A stretch of 55,101 nucleotides of DNA from an uncultured Arenicellaceae bacterium (GCA_938002995.1 CALKZN010000121.1:1-55101); one strand, 5' to 3'. Counted from the stretch's first letter, positions 1 through 10,184 are shown. Numbers and translations are program-made. Notes: a model not told the origin generated them from the sequence alone.

Positions 1-988
1 CGGATAATCGGGCACGCAATACTCGCTCATTGCCAGATTTGACGCGTTCAGGGTCCTTGCTGTCGATATTGCTAACCGTGATGAAGTAAGGCATCAAACT
101 GTTATTTGCATCAACAATATGAAAATATTTTTGGTGATCACGCATTGAAGAAATCAAAGATTCTTGTGGCACATCCATAAAACGCTGATCAATAGACCCT
201 AAAAGCGCATGAGGATATTCAACCAAGCCAGTCACTTCATCTAGTAATGCTTGATCTTGTTCAATTTTGCCGTTCACGCTTGCTGCTAAATCTTCAATCT
301 GTTGTTTAATCATGCTTTGACGACGATCAAAATCAACAATAACGTAACCTTTGCTTTCTAGCTCGCTTTCGTATGCAGCGGCGTTAGAAAGACTAAACTT
401 TTTCTCTCCATGGAAACGATGTCCTCGACTTTGATTGCTTGATTGCAGCTCTAAAATCTCAGCTGATAATACGGTGTCATCATGTAATACAGTTAGCCAG
501 TGAACGGGCCTAACGAATTCCACATCACTATCTCCCCAGCGCATACGTTTTGCAATTGGTAATTGTTTGATAGTCTGATCCAAAATGTCTTGGATTAACT
601 CGGCAATGTTTTGGCCGGACACTTCTTGTTTGAAGTAAAGCCATTCACCTTTGTCTGTTTTCAAGCGGTCGAGTTGCTCAATATCGACGCCACAAGACTT
701 GGCAAAACCTAATGCAGCTGGGCTTGCGCTTCCATCATCTTTAAATGCGGCTTGGACCGCCGGGCCACGTCGTTCAACCGACTGATCAGGTTGTTGCGTT
801 TGAACATTTTCTACAGCGATAGCAAGGCGACGAGGTGCGGCAAACAATTTGCATTCCTTGGTGGAGCTTAGTTCTGCGTCTTGCAAAGCTTTCAGAATAG
901 ACTTCTTAAATGAGATGCCTAATCCTTTAAGTAGCTTAGGAGGTAATTCTTCTGTGCCAAGCTCAATTAGTAAGGTTTTTGTGTTCAT
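1..988 (-). CDS. glyS: Glycyl-tRNA synthetase beta subunit, N-terminal ~329 codons (3' end lies beyond the left window edge)
   Basis: Manual translation of the minus strand from ATG at 988..986 gives MNTKTLLIELGTEELPPKLLKGLG...KLFAAPRRLAIAVENV, the canonical GlyS N-terminus. It starts 3 nt after the glyQ stop. It is missing from the ORF track because it is open at the window edge. Confidence 0.85.
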   Translation of the reverse strand, partial: MNTKTLLIELGTEELPPKLLKGLGISFKKSILKALQDAELSSTKECKLFAAPRRLAIAVENVQTQQPDQSVERRGPAVQAAFKDDGSASPAALGFAKSCGVDIEQLDRLKTDKGEWLYFKQEVSGQNIAELIQDILDQTIKQLPIAKRMRWGDSDVEFVRPVHWLTVLHDDTVLSAEILELQSSNQSRGHRFHGEKKFSLSNAAAYESELESKGYVIVDFDRRQSMIKQQIEDLAASVNGKIEQDQALLDEVTGLVEYPHALLGSIDQRFMDVPQESLISSMRDHQKYFHIVDANNSLMPYFITVSNIDSKDPERVKSGNERVLRARLS

Positions 989-990
989 GA

Positions 991-1893
991 TTAACCCTCT
1001 TGTTGAGCTTGTGAAATTGATGCTTTTCCGCGAGGGAAACCCAGTGCTTCACGGCTGGCATAATAACCTTCTGCAACGCCTTTGGCTAAAGTGCGAATGC
1101 GGCCGATGTATCGGGCGCGTTCAGTCACGCTGATTGCTTGACGTGCATCTAATAAGTTAAATGTATGTGATGCTTTCAATACATGCTCATAAGCAGGTAA
1201 GGGTAGTTTTTTTTCAAGCAGTGATTTTGCTGCAGTTTCGGCGGCATCAAACTGATTGAAAAGTGTTGCTACATCGGCATGTTCAAAATTGTAAGTGGAT
1301 TGTTCTACTTCATTTTGATGATAAATATCGCCATAGGTATATCCGTCGGTCCAAATTAGATCATAGACATTATCTACACCTTGAAGATACATAGCGATGC
1401 GTTCAAGGCCATAGGTTATTTCACCTGTGATAGGACGACATTCTAAACCGCCTACTTGTTGGAAATAGGTAAATTGAGTGACTTCCATGCCATTTAGCCA
1501 GACTTCCCAACCTAGTCCCCAAGCGCCAAGAGTTGGTGATTCCCAATTATCCTCAACAAAACGAATGTCGTCGCTAAGCATATCGATGCCGATCTGCCTA
1601 AGAGACTCAAGATATAGCTCTTGAATGTTGTCAGGCGAAGGTTTTAATATGACTTGGTATTGAAAGTAGTGTTGTAAGCGATTTGGATTTTCACCGTATC
1701 GTCCATCAGTCGGTCGCCTTGAGGGCTGTACATAAGCTGCACTGATGGGTTCTGGGCCAACGGCTCCAAGAAATGTTGCAGGGTGAAAGGTTCCTGCGCC
1801 CACTTCTGAATCAAATGGCTGCATTAAAACACAACCTTGGTCTGCCCAATAATGCTGGAGCTTTAATATAAGTTCTTGGAAGTTAATCGTCAT
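991..1893 (-). CDS. glyQ: Glycyl-tRNA synthetase alpha subunit
   Basis: ORF 991..1935. The conserved GlyQ sequence starts at the internal Met ([21 protein letters not shown]...), so I place the start at 1893 (300 aa). It is followed directly by glyS. Confidence 0.9.
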   Translation of the reverse strand: MTINFQELILKLQHYWADQGCVLMQPFDSEVGAGTFHPATFLGAVGPEPISAAYVQPSRRPTDGRYGENPNRLQHYFQYQVILKPSPDNIQELYLESLRQIGIDMLSDDIRFVEDNWESPTLGAWGLGWEVWLNGMEVTQFTYFQQVGGLECRPITGEITYGLERIAMYLQGVDNVYDLIWTDGYTYGDIYHQNEVEQSTYNFEHADVATLFNQFDAAETAAKSLLEKKLPLPAYEHVLKASHTFNLLDARQAISVTERARYIGRIRTLAKGVAEGYYASREALGFPRGKASISQAQQEG

Positions 1894-2009
1894 TGTTATC
1901 GCTGCTTTATGTGTTCTTCTGCTAGTCGCCTTCAAATAAAGTTAATAGTTGGAAAAATCGCAAAAGTTTTTTTTGATAAATAGGTCTCGTCAAGCAGGCG
2001 ATTATAACG

Positions 2010-2035
2010 GTTGCAGCGTAATGTTGCAGCGTAAT
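2010..2035. repeat. Perfect 13-bp tandem duplication GTTGCAGCGTAAT x2 in the glyQ upstream spacer
   Basis: Read directly: 2010..2022 and 2023..2035 are identical. Confidence 0.9.
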
Positions 2036-2097
2036 AATTAGAGAATTAAAAGGCTGTTGTATTCAAGTGCCATTCAAAGAGAATAGCAAAGTAAATG

Positions 2098-2658
2098 CTA
2101 TTTAGTTTTGATTTTACTTTGCTTCCAAAGGACTTCGGGTTCACCATTTACATGTGCCAGCCAGCGTGCGCTGACAAAAGCAAAGTCAGATAATCGATTT
2201 AGATATTTTTGGCCGTTAGCGTTGATGGGTTCTACCGCAGCTAGGCTCACCATATTGCGTTCAGCTCTGCGGGTGACACTACGAACAATATGACATCGCG
2301 CTAAGGCTTCCGAGCCACTAGGTAAAATGAAGTCTTTTAAAGGTTTAAGGGGTTCATTGAAATGTTCTACATGGTTTTCTAAGTACTCACAGTGATGCTC
2401 GTTGATCATGGTGTATTCTGGCATGGCCAATTCCCCACCCAGATCAAATAAATCATTCTGTATTTGTATGTAAATTTCACGCAAAGGGTTGGATGTCTCT
2501 AATGTTTCGATGAATAAGCCAACAAAACAATTTAGTTCATCAACAGTTCCCATAGTCTCCATGCGGATATGATCTTTGCGGATTCTTTGGCCGCCAGCTA
2601 GGCCTGTTGTTCCATCATCACCAGTTTTTGTAACAATTTTTGAAAGTCTGTTGCCCAT
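2098..2658 (-). CDS. ATP:cob(I)alamin adenosyltransferase, PduO/MMAB type
   Basis: 186 aa. The N-terminus MGNRLSKIVTKTGDDGTTGL and the overall length are typical of PduO-type corrinoid adenosyltransferases. Confidence 0.8.
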   Translation of the reverse strand: MGNRLSKIVTKTGDDGTTGLAGGQRIRKDHIRMETMGTVDELNCFVGLFIETLETSNPLREIYIQIQNDLFDLGGELAMPEYTMINEHHCEYLENHVEHFNEPLKPLKDFILPSGSEALARCHIVRSVTRRAERNMVSLAAVEPINANGQKYLNRLSDFAFVSARWLAHVNGEPEVLWKQSKIKTK

Positions 2659-2788
2659 AATACTGCCTATTATGTGAGATGTTATGTATATTAAAAGGTG
2701 AATATACTTTATTTAAGAAATTAAATTTGAGTATAATACTTGTTCGGTACAAGTAGAAATTAATTGACGTAATTTTAGGTGGAAGTTT

Positions 2789-4444
2789 ATGAGTCGCGAA
2801 TCAATGGAATACGACGTGGTAATCGTTGGTGCAGGCCCTGCGGGTTTGTCAGCAGCAATTAAATTAAAGCAGCTTGCTCAAGAGCAAGAAGTTGAAATTT
2901 CTGTTTGTATTTTGGAAAAAGGTTCTGAGGTTGGCGCCCATATATTATCGGGTGCATTGTTAGAAACGCGCGCTTTAGATGAGTTGCTGCCTAATTGGAA
3001 AGAGCTAGATGCACCTATTAATGTAGCCGTGACTAAGGATGAAACGTATTTAGTCAATAGTGCTGAGAAGGCGACAAAAATTCCTGCATTGTTTGTTCCT
3101 AAAACAATGCATAATCACGGTAACTATGTAGTCAGCCTCGGCAATGTTTGTCGTTGGTTGGGTGAGCAAGCGGAAGCATTGGAAGTTGAAATTTTCCCAG
3201 GTTTTACAGCCTCTGAAGTACTCTATCATGATGATGGTCGAGTCAAAGGTGTTGCTACCGGAGAAATGGGTCGTGGCAAAGATAGTCAAGAAAAACCCAG
3301 TTATGAAGAAGGCATGGAATTGCATGCTAAATATACATTATTTGCTGAAGGTTGCCGTGGTCATTTAGGTAAGCAATTGATGGAAAAGTTTGATTTAAAT
3401 GCACAAGCAGATGCTCAACATTATGGTTTGGGTATTAAGGAAATTTGGGAAATTTCTGCCGACAAATATCAAAAAGGTTTGGTCATGCACGGTACTGGTT
3501 GGCCACTTGCTGAATCTAACAGTTCAGGCGGCTTTTTTCTTTATCACTCAGAAGAAAATCAAGTTGTGATGGGATTGATTACGGATTTAAATTATTCTAA
3601 TCCTCACGTCAGTCCTTATGAAGAATTTCAGCGATTAAAACATCATCCATTATTTGCCAAGCTGCTTGAAGGAGGTAAGCGCATTTCATATGGCGCAAGA
3701 GCGATTGCGAAAGGTGGTTTGAATGCATTGCCGAAAATGACAATGCCAGGCGCGTTATTGATTGGTTGCGATGCGGGAACATTAAATTTTTCAAAAATCA
3801 AAGGTTCACATACTGCGATGAAGTCAGGTATGTTGGCCGCTGAAACTATTGTAAGTGCCGTTAAGGCTGAGACAGCAGATGGTCGTGAGTTAATCGAGTA
3901 TGCGGACGTGTTTAAAGCATCATGGTTATATGAAGAGCTTTATCGAGACAGAAATTTTGGACCAGCACTTCACAAATGGGGAACTATTATGGGTGGAGCA
4001 TATAACACGTTGGATCAAAATATCTTTGGCGGTAAGTTACCATTGAATATTCGAGATAATACACCTGATCATGCAAAGTTGAAGAAAGCATCTGAGTGTC
4101 CAAAAATTGATTACCCCAAGCATGATGGAGTTCTGAGTTTTGATCGATTGAGTTCAGTCTCTTTATCAAATACCTTTCACGAAGAGGATCAGCCTGCGCA
4201 TTTGACCTTAAAAGATCAAGGCGTGCCAATTCAGATTAACTTGGCAGAATATGATGCTCCTGAACAACGTTATTGTCCTGCTGGTGTCTATGAAATTGTC
4301 GAAGATCAGGGTGGTGATCCAAAGCTGCAAATTAATGCGCAAAATTGCGTGCATTGCAAAACTTGCGATATTAAAGATCCGACTCAAAACATTGTTTGGG
4401 TGACGCCAGAAGGCACGGGCGGACCCAATTATTCCAGCATGTAA
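2789..4444 (+). CDS. Electron-transfer flavoprotein:ubiquinone oxidoreductase (ETF-QO)
   Basis: 551 aa. It has the N-terminal FAD fold DVVIVGAGPAGLSAA and the C-terminal 4Fe-4S region CPAGVYE...NCVHCKTCDIKDP...GGPNY. Confidence 0.9.
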   Translation: MSRESMEYDVVIVGAGPAGLSAAIKLKQLAQEQEVEISVCILEKGSEVGAHILSGALLETRALDELLPNWKELDAPINVAVTKDETYLVNSAEKATKIPALFVPKTMHNHGNYVVSLGNVCRWLGEQAEALEVEIFPGFTASEVLYHDDGRVKGVATGEMGRGKDSQEKPSYEEGMELHAKYTLFAEGCRGHLGKQLMEKFDLNAQADAQHYGLGIKEIWEISADKYQKGLVMHGTGWPLAESNSSGGFFLYHSEENQVVMGLITDLNYSNPHVSPYEEFQRLKHHPLFAKLLEGGKRISYGARAIAKGGLNALPKMTMPGALLIGCDAGTLNFSKIKGSHTAMKSGMLAAETIVSAVKAETADGRELIEYADVFKASWLYEELYRDRNFGPALHKWGTIMGGAYNTLDQNIFGGKLPLNIRDNTPDHAKLKKASECPKIDYPKHDGVLSFDRLSSVSLSNTFHEEDQPAHLTLKDQGVPIQINLAEYDAPEQRYCPAGVYEIVEDQGGDPKLQINAQNCVHCKTCDIKDPTQNIVWVTPEGTGGPNYSSM

Positions 4445-4550
4445 TTACGGTGAAAAACTCCTTATTCGTTTTTTTCGATTAATTGTTAAATTTTAATGGG
4501 TATTTCAAGGGTTTTATTGGATTGATAGTGTAAATTTCGTAAAAGTCTTG

Positions 4551-4579
4551 TTGCACCTATTCGGTTTTATTGATAACAT
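4551..4579 (+). promoter_or_regulatory. Candidate sigma70 promoter: TTGCAC, 17-nt spacer with TG one base before the -10, TAACAT
   Basis: Read directly: -35 at 4551..4556, TG at 4571..4572, -10 at 4574..4579. No coding gene follows it. Confidence 0.3.
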
Positions 4580-4585
4580 GCTCCG

Positions 4586-4765
4586 AAATTAATAATAATA
4601 AATTAAAAGCCTAAGCTGCCCTTAAGGGGGGGAAGTTAAAAGAAGCAACTTAAAATAAGTCCAACTTATTGAAAGTTAATAACAATAATAAGCTTCGAGT
4701 TAGGAAGATAAAAAAGTTTTAAATTTGCGAAAGCATTATTTTAAAACTTTTTTATCTTTTTTTTT
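4586..4765 (+). ncRNA. Candidate ~180-nt small RNA, or a structured 3' UTR of the ETF-QO gene
   Basis: It is bounded by the candidate promoter at 4551..4579 and the intrinsic terminator at 4705..4765. It contains only ORFs of a few codons and several self-complementary segments. No family is recognised. Confidence 0.3.
4705..4765 (+). terminator. Rho-independent terminator with a perfect 19-bp AT-rich stem plus T-run
   Basis: AAGATAAAAAAGTTTTAAA (4705..4723) pairs perfectly with TTTAAAACTTTTTTATCTT (4740..4758). The apex can form TGC-GAAA-GCA. Seven further T follow (4759..4765). There is no T-run on the opposite strand. Confidence 0.55.
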
Positions 4766-4958
4766 GCCTGCTATATTTTTATCTTGTCAAATAAGTGAGT
4801 TTTTGCTCGGATGCATTCTTACTGATTATTCTTTTTTGTTCCTAATATTTGTCATTGACGGTGTTGTTGACAAATGAAGTCAAGCAATAGCTAAGTGTTA
4901 CAGCATTCGCTATAATCTAGATCGATTTTACGAGTAATATTCAGATCTTGTCTTTTTT

Positions 4959-5005
4959 TGCACGGAAATGGTGCTATTTATGCTTTATTGCACCAAAATA
5001 GGTCT
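4959..5005 (+). promoter_or_regulatory. Two NtrC (NRI) binding boxes upstream of glnA
   Basis: TGCACGGAAATGGTGCT (4959..4975) and TGCACCAAAATAGGTCT (4989..5005) compare with the consensus TGCACC-N5-GGTGCA. They are centred about 95-125 nt upstream of the predicted sigma54 start, as at E. coli glnAp2. Confidence 0.6.
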
Positions 5006-5065
5006 TAAGTGTGATTATGAAAACACAGAGCCTATATTTTATGCGCTACTTAAGGGCATTGATGT

Positions 5066-5081
5066 TGGCATATTGCTTGCT
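5066..5081 (+). promoter_or_regulatory. Sigma54 (-24/-12) promoter of glnA
   Basis: TGGCATATTGCTTGCT: GG at 5067..5068 and GC at 5079..5080 have the exact 12-nt offset of the consensus TGGCAC-N5-TTGCW. Confidence 0.7.
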
Positions 5082-5279
5082 TAACAATCATTGACTGACT
5101 TTGCTGGAATTAATGTCTGCTTTCTCTTCTATCTTATAGACGCTGACGGTAGATCAAATTAAGCCCCATTCTTATCAAAGATAGGTAGCACATTATTGGT
5201 AGTGAAAAGCCAATAGGGTTATTACTGAGTCCTTGGAATGGTGAGTCATTGGATTAATATATTAATAATGAGGTGAAAT

Positions 5280-6689
5280 ATGTCAGCAGCTGACATCATT
5301 AAGCAGGTTAAAGACGAAGAAATCGCATTTGTTGATCTTCGTTTCACAGATACAATGGGTAAAGAACAACACGTTACAGTGAACCCAAACACTATCGATG
5401 AAGACTTTTTTAAAGAAGGCAAAATGTTTGACGGTTCATCAATCGCTGGTTGGAAAGGTATTAATGCCTCCGACATGATTTTGATGCCTGATGCTACAAC
5501 GGCAGTTCTTGATCCATTTTTTCAAGACAAGACCTTGAACATCCGCTGCGACATTATTGAGCCTGATGATATGTCAGCTTATGAACGTGATCCGCGTTCA
5601 ATTGCAAAAAAAGCTGAAGAGTATTTGAAATCAACAGGAATCGGAGATACAGCTTATTTCGGTCCTGAAAACGAATTCTTTATTTTTGATGACGTACGTT
5701 TCTCAAATGAGCCACGTGGCGCTTTCTTTGAAGTAGATTCATCAGAAGCTTTTTGGAATTCAGATAAGAGCTATGAAGAAGGTAATATGGGCCACCGTCC
5801 TGGTTTGAAAGGTGGTTACTTCCCAGTGCCTCCAGTTGATTCTTTGCATGATATTCGTTCTGCAATGGTATTAGCTTCTGAAGAGATGGGCGTCCCAACG
5901 GAAGTTCATCACCACGAAGTTGCAACTGGTGGCCAGTGTGAGATTGGTACTATTTTTAATACCTTGACTCGTAAAGCTGATGAAGTTCAGTTGTTCAAAT
6001 ATGCAGTGCAAAACGTTGCCCACATGTATGGCAAAACAGCGACATTCATGCCAAAACCTATCGTTGGTGACAACGGTTCAGGTATGCACGTTCACCAATC
6101 AATTTTCAAAGGTGGAGAGAACATGTTTGCTGGCGACCAATATGGTGGTTTGAGTGAACTAGCGCTTTACTACATTGGCGGTATCTTCAAGCATGCAAAG
6201 GCAATTAATGCTTTCGCGAATGCTTCAACTAACTCATACAAACGCTTGGTTCCAGGCTTTGAAGCGCCAGTTTTACTAGCGTATTCAGCACGTAACCGTT
6301 CTGCATCTTGTCGCCTACCTTGGGTTGCTAACCCTAAGGGCAAGCGTATTGAAATTCGTTTCCCAGATTCAACTGCAAATCCATACTTGGCGTTCTCAGC
6401 AATGTTGATGGCTGGCCTTGACGGGATTCAAAACAAAATTCACCCTGGTGAAGCATCTGACGAAGATTTGTATGAGCTGTCTGCTGAAGAACAAGCACAT
6501 ATTCCAACTGTAGCAGCGAGCTTAGAAGAAGCGTTAGCAGCATTAGATGGTGATCGTGAGTTCTTGATGAAAGGTGATGTTTTCACAAACGATATGATTG
6601 ATGGCTACTTGGAATTAAAACAAGGCGAAGTAGATCGTTTCCGCATGGCAACTCATCCAGTTGAGTTTGAAATGTATTACAGCCTATAA
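5280..6689 (+). CDS. glnA: Glutamine synthetase type I
   Basis: 469 aa with conserved GSI blocks ([31 protein letters not shown]) and an adenylylation-type loop DLYELSAEE. Confidence 0.95.
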   Translation: MSAADIIKQVKDEEIAFVDLRFTDTMGKEQHVTVNPNTIDEDFFKEGKMFDGSSIAGWKGINASDMILMPDATTAVLDPFFQDKTLNIRCDIIEPDDMSAYERDPRSIAKKAEEYLKSTGIGDTAYFGPENEFFIFDDVRFSNEPRGAFFEVDSSEAFWNSDKSYEEGNMGHRPGLKGGYFPVPPVDSLHDIRSAMVLASEEMGVPTEVHHHEVATGGQCEIGTIFNTLTRKADEVQLFKYAVQNVAHMYGKTATFMPKPIVGDNGSGMHVHQSIFKGGENMFAGDQYGGLSELALYYIGGIFKHAKAINAFANASTNSYKRLVPGFEAPVLLAYSARNRSASCRLPWVANPKGKRIEIRFPDSTANPYLAFSAMLMAGLDGIQNKIHPGEASDEDLYELSAEEQAHIPTVAASLEEALAALDGDREFLMKGDVFTNDMIDGYLELKQGEVDRFRMATHPVEFEMYYSL

Positions 6690-6726
6690 ATTATCATCGT
6701 TTATAATATGTAATTAAATTAAAAAT

Positions 6727-6772
6727 GCTCTCTGCTGCGGCTTTTTAGTCCACAGCAGTTGAGCTTTTTTTT
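6727..6772 (+). terminator. Rho-independent terminator of glnA
   Basis: GCTC-T-CTGCTGCGG (6727..6740) pairs with CCACAGCAG-TT-GAGC (6750..6764) with one mismatch, followed immediately by TTTTTTTT (6765..6772). Confidence 0.75.
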
Positions 6773-6781
6773 GAAAATACA

Positions 6782-6798
6782 TGCACCAAAATGGTGCG
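6782..6798 (+). promoter_or_regulatory. NtrC box upstream of ntrB (autoregulatory glnL-type site)
   Basis: TGCACCAAAATGGTGCG is a near-perfect match to TGCACC-N5-GGTGCA. An extra half-site TAGTGCA lies at 6805..6811. Confidence 0.6.
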
Positions 6799-6879
6799 CC
6801 TAAATAGTGCATAAAAATTTTGATGCAAGAAATTAGGGCAAATGTCCCCATGATTAGCTAATAAATAACAGATGAACAA

Positions 6880-7947
6880 ATGACAATAGACTGGCTCAAT
6901 ATCGGTGAAAATCTAACGACGGCAATTATTGTCGTTGATGAAGATCGGATAGTAAAGACCGTAAATACTGCAGTTGAAGATCTGTTGTTATTGAGCAGGC
7001 GTTCTATTATTGGCAAACCTTTAGATGAATTGTTTGTTAAACAAGAATCAATCACAGATATCATTCAACGCGCTCATGAATTTCAATCTCGTTATACCTT
7101 GAGAGAGTTTGAGTTCGAATATCCGGAAAAATTTGAAGCTGATGTGACTGCAACTCCGTTTAGCTTTTCTGATGAAAAAACTGGAACTATTTTAGAAATA
7201 TTGCGTACCGATAGAATAAATCGCTTAGCGCGCGAGACGCGCAATATCGAGCAACAACAAACGAACCGTTTGATGATGCGTAGTATGTCGCATGAAATTA
7301 AAAATCCATTGTCTGGTATTCGCGGTGCGGCACAATTACTTTCCTCTGAGTTGCCAAGTACAGACTTAATAGAATTCACGGATATTATTATTCGTGAGTC
7401 AGATCGTTTAACAAATTTAGTGAATCGAGTGATGGGATCACATAAGCAATATGCCTCTGAGGATCTCAATATTCATTATGTAACTGAGCATGTTTTGAAA
7501 CTGGCATCGGTTTCTTCACAAGAAAATGTGAAGATCGAACGTGATTATGATCCTAGCTTGCCAGAGATTATTGGCGATGAAGAACAGCTTATTCAAGCAG
7601 TCATGAATATTGTTAAGAATGCTATTGAAGCGCAAGCAGGTATTGAAGATGCATTGATTGGAATAGAAACGCGCTTAGAGAGAAATTTCACGATAGGCAA
7701 GATTTTGCATCGTAATTTAATTCGTTTAAGGATTTGGGATCACGGCCCCGGCGTGCCAGAAGAAATTCGTGCACAAGTATTTAATCCAATGATAACTGGA
7801 AGAGCGGAAGGGACAGGCCTGGGTTTATCGATAACACAAGAAATTATTCAGCGACACGGTGGTTTAGTGTCTTTGGAGAAATACAAAGATCATACATGTT
7901 TCGCCATTTATCTACCGATAATGTCGAATACATCAGGAGCAAAATAA
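6880..7947 (+). CDS. glnL: Nitrogen regulation sensor histidine kinase NtrB
   Basis: 355 aa with an N-terminal PAS-like region, the H-box MSHEIKNPLSGIRGAAQLL and an ATPase G-box GTGLGLSI. It lies between glnA and ntrC. Confidence 0.9.
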   Translation: MTIDWLNIGENLTTAIIVVDEDRIVKTVNTAVEDLLLLSRRSIIGKPLDELFVKQESITDIIQRAHEFQSRYTLREFEFEYPEKFEADVTATPFSFSDEKTGTILEILRTDRINRLARETRNIEQQQTNRLMMRSMSHEIKNPLSGIRGAAQLLSSELPSTDLIEFTDIIIRESDRLTNLVNRVMGSHKQYASEDLNIHYVTEHVLKLASVSSQENVKIERDYDPSLPEIIGDEEQLIQAVMNIVKNAIEAQAGIEDALIGIETRLERNFTIGKILHRNLIRLRIWDHGPGVPEEIRAQVFNPMITGRAEGTGLGLSITQEIIQRHGGLVSLEKYKDHTCFAIYLPIMSNTSGAK

Positions 7948-7948
7948 T

Positions 7949-9334
7949 ATGAAAGAGATATGGGTAGTAGATGATGATGACTCAATTCGTTGGGTTCTCA
8001 GTCGTGCTCTGAAAAAACATGATTATGAAGTGCAAGCATTCAGTGATGGTGAATCTGTCTTGGCAGCGCTCAATAAGGGTGAACCGGCAGTATTGATCAC
8101 TGATATTAGAATGCCGGGCATCTCAGGAACTGAGTTAGCGAAACAAGTTAGCGAAAGCATGCCAGAGTTACCTATTATTATTATGACGGCACACACAGAC
8201 TTGGATAGCGCTTTAGCCTCATATAAGAGCGGTGCTTTTGAGTATTTACCAAAACCTTTTGATATTGATGACGCACTGGCAATTATAGAATCAGCGGTTA
8301 ATCAACGTGGTCAATCTGCAGGTGATGTTGTTGAGCCTATAAAGACCGGTAGCATGATTGGTGAAGCGCCAGCAATGCAAGAGGTTTTTCGTGCAATTGG
8401 ACGTTTAGCAAAATCGAATATTAATGTTTTAATTTGGGGTGAATCAGGTACCGGTAAAGAACTAGTTGCTAGTGCACTACATCAATTTTCACCACGAGCC
8501 GACAAATCGTATATTCCAATTAATACCGCAGCTATTCCAGCAGAATTATTGGAGTCTGAACTCTTTGGTCATGAAAAAGGAGCCTTTACAGGTGCGCATG
8601 AAAGGCGAATTGGTCGTTTTGAGCAGGCTAATGGAGGCACGTTATTTTTAGATGAAATTGGTGATATGCCGGCAGAACTACAAACACGATTATTACGTGT
8701 ATTGTCTGAAGGCAAGTTTTATCGTGTCGGCGGAAGAGAGCAGATATCTGTCGATGTGCGCGTCTTAGCTGCGACAAATCAAGAGCTAGAAAAACGCGTA
8801 GCTTTAGGTAAATTTCGTGAAGATTTATACCACCGTTTGAATGTTATTCGCATTGATATTCCTGCATTACGACAAAGAAAAGAAGATGTACCATTGTTGA
8901 TCAAGCATTTTCTTAAGGAGTCAGCGGAGGAATTGCAAACAGATATGAAGCAACTTACCGACGAGTCTATGTTGGCGATGGTTGATTATCACTGGCCAGG
9001 CAATGTCCGTCAGTTAGAAAATAGTTGTCGATGGATTACGGTTATGGCGCCAGGTTCGTCAGTTGATATCGCTGAATTGCCAAAAGAAATTTTTGCACCT
9101 CAACCTGAAGGCTTGTCATCAAGTTGGGAAGTGGGGCTAGCGAAAGTTGCGAAACAGTATCTGAATTTAGGTAAAGATGATATTTTGGATGAATTACGAG
9201 TGACGTTTGAACGTGTTTTGTTGAATGAAGCCTTGAAATTTACTCAGGGGCATCGTCAGCAAGCTGCGAAAAGACTTGGCTGGGGGCGTAATACATTAAC
9301 GCGTAAGCTCAAAGAATTAAATTTTGAAGACTAA
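7949..9334 (+). CDS. glnG: Nitrogen regulation response regulator NtrC (sigma54 activator)
   Basis: 461 aa with a receiver domain ([10 protein letters not shown]), an AAA+ module with GESGTGKE and the GAFTGA loop, and a C-terminal Fis-type HTH. It starts 1 nt after the ntrB stop. Confidence 0.92.
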   Translation: MKEIWVVDDDDSIRWVLSRALKKHDYEVQAFSDGESVLAALNKGEPAVLITDIRMPGISGTELAKQVSESMPELPIIIMTAHTDLDSALASYKSGAFEYLPKPFDIDDALAIIESAVNQRGQSAGDVVEPIKTGSMIGEAPAMQEVFRAIGRLAKSNINVLIWGESGTGKELVASALHQFSPRADKSYIPINTAAIPAELLESELFGHEKGAFTGAHERRIGRFEQANGGTLFLDEIGDMPAELQTRLLRVLSEGKFYRVGGREQISVDVRVLAATNQELEKRVALGKFREDLYHRLNVIRIDIPALRQRKEDVPLLIKHFLKESAEELQTDMKQLTDESMLAMVDYHWPGNVRQLENSCRWITVMAPGSSVDIAELPKEIFAPQPEGLSSSWEVGLAKVAKQYLNLGKDDILDELRVTFERVLLNEALKFTQGHRQQAAKRLGWGRNTLTRKLKELNFED

Positions 9335-9448
9335 TTTTTAGTTTTTTCTATGAGGGTTTTGTTTCAAGTAGCGATCTTGTAATAACAAAGACAGCTTTTC
9401 ACTGAATGCGTATAATCAAATCATTATTTTATCTTTCTCGATGTACTC

Positions 9449-10111
9449 ATGAAAAAAATTATTTTCCTTGGTTTCTGTTTATTTTCGTTGATTGCTAATG
9501 TCAGTCATGCAAAGACGCAATATATCACTGATGAATTTGACATTATGTTACGAGTGGCCCCAAGCATAGGTTCAAAAATTATTAAACCATTGCCTACAGG
9601 TACTCCGCTGACAGTTATTATTACCAATGCAGGTAAAGCTCACTCTCAAGTGCGAACGAAAGACGGTTTGGTCGGTTATGTATTGACGCGCTTTATTAGC
9701 CCAAATATCCCAGCGAAAATACGTGTCACAAGTTTGGAGAATCGCCTGCAATCTCTAGAAGATAACCCAGATCAACTAGAGTCGAAATATATTGACCTAC
9801 AAAAGAGCTATGAACGTTTAAGTCAAAATCTTCGAAGTATGGTTGACGGAAAAGAACAAGCTGAAGAAAAATATGAAAAACTAAAACTCGCTTCAGGCAA
9901 TGCGGCAACATTGAGTGAAAAAGCGATTGAGTTAGAAAAAAAGGTTGAACAGTTAGTATTACAGCTTGACGATATGCGTATTCAAAATGAAACACTCAAA
10001 GATCAATCAGAGAAAAAATCTTGGATGGTCGGCGGTTTTATTGCTTTGTTGGGGGTCTTATTTGGTGCGATTCTTACTGGTTTGAATGCCCGTAAAAAAC
10101 GTAATTGGTAG
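9449..10111 (+). CDS. ygiM: SH3b-domain / coiled-coil / C-terminal TM anchor protein (YgiM family)
   Basis: 220 aa. Signal peptide, SH3-like block, long coiled coil, a C-terminal TM segment and a KKRNW tail give the same architecture and end motif as E. coli YgiM. Confidence 0.7.
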   Translation: MKKIIFLGFCLFSLIANVSHAKTQYITDEFDIMLRVAPSIGSKIIKPLPTGTPLTVIITNAGKAHSQVRTKDGLVGYVLTRFISPNIPAKIRVTSLENRLQSLEDNPDQLESKYIDLQKSYERLSQNLRSMVDGKEQAEEKYEKLKLASGNAATLSEKAIELEKKVEQLVLQLDDMRIQNETLKDQSEKKSWMVGGFIALLGVLFGAILTGLNARKKRNW

Positions 10112-10184
10112 CCACTAATATTTTTTTAGTAATTGGTTAAATTCAGCCAATACACTATATCCATGTTTTACTACATCATTGGCT

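Noticed and set aside
5017-5094. A 25-codon ORF (MKTQSLYFMRYLRALMLAYCLLNNH) lies in the glnA control region.
   Set aside because: It overlaps the NtrC box and the sigma54 promoter itself, has no SD, and is most likely fortuitous.
7092-7469. A 125-aa ORF lies antisense to ntrB. Similar long antisense ORFs occur at 50248..50625 (in leuS), 46025..46360 (in mrcB), 39491..39817 (in ftsE), 53349..53663 and 53058..53333 (in proA), 27992..28303 (in mutM), 26791..27087 and 27213..27497 (in hemY), and 849..1133 (across glyS/glyQ).
   Set aside because: Each is fully embedded opposite a strongly conserved gene. They have low-complexity or Ser/Cys/Ile-rich composition typical of shadow frames, with no SD or recognisable motif.
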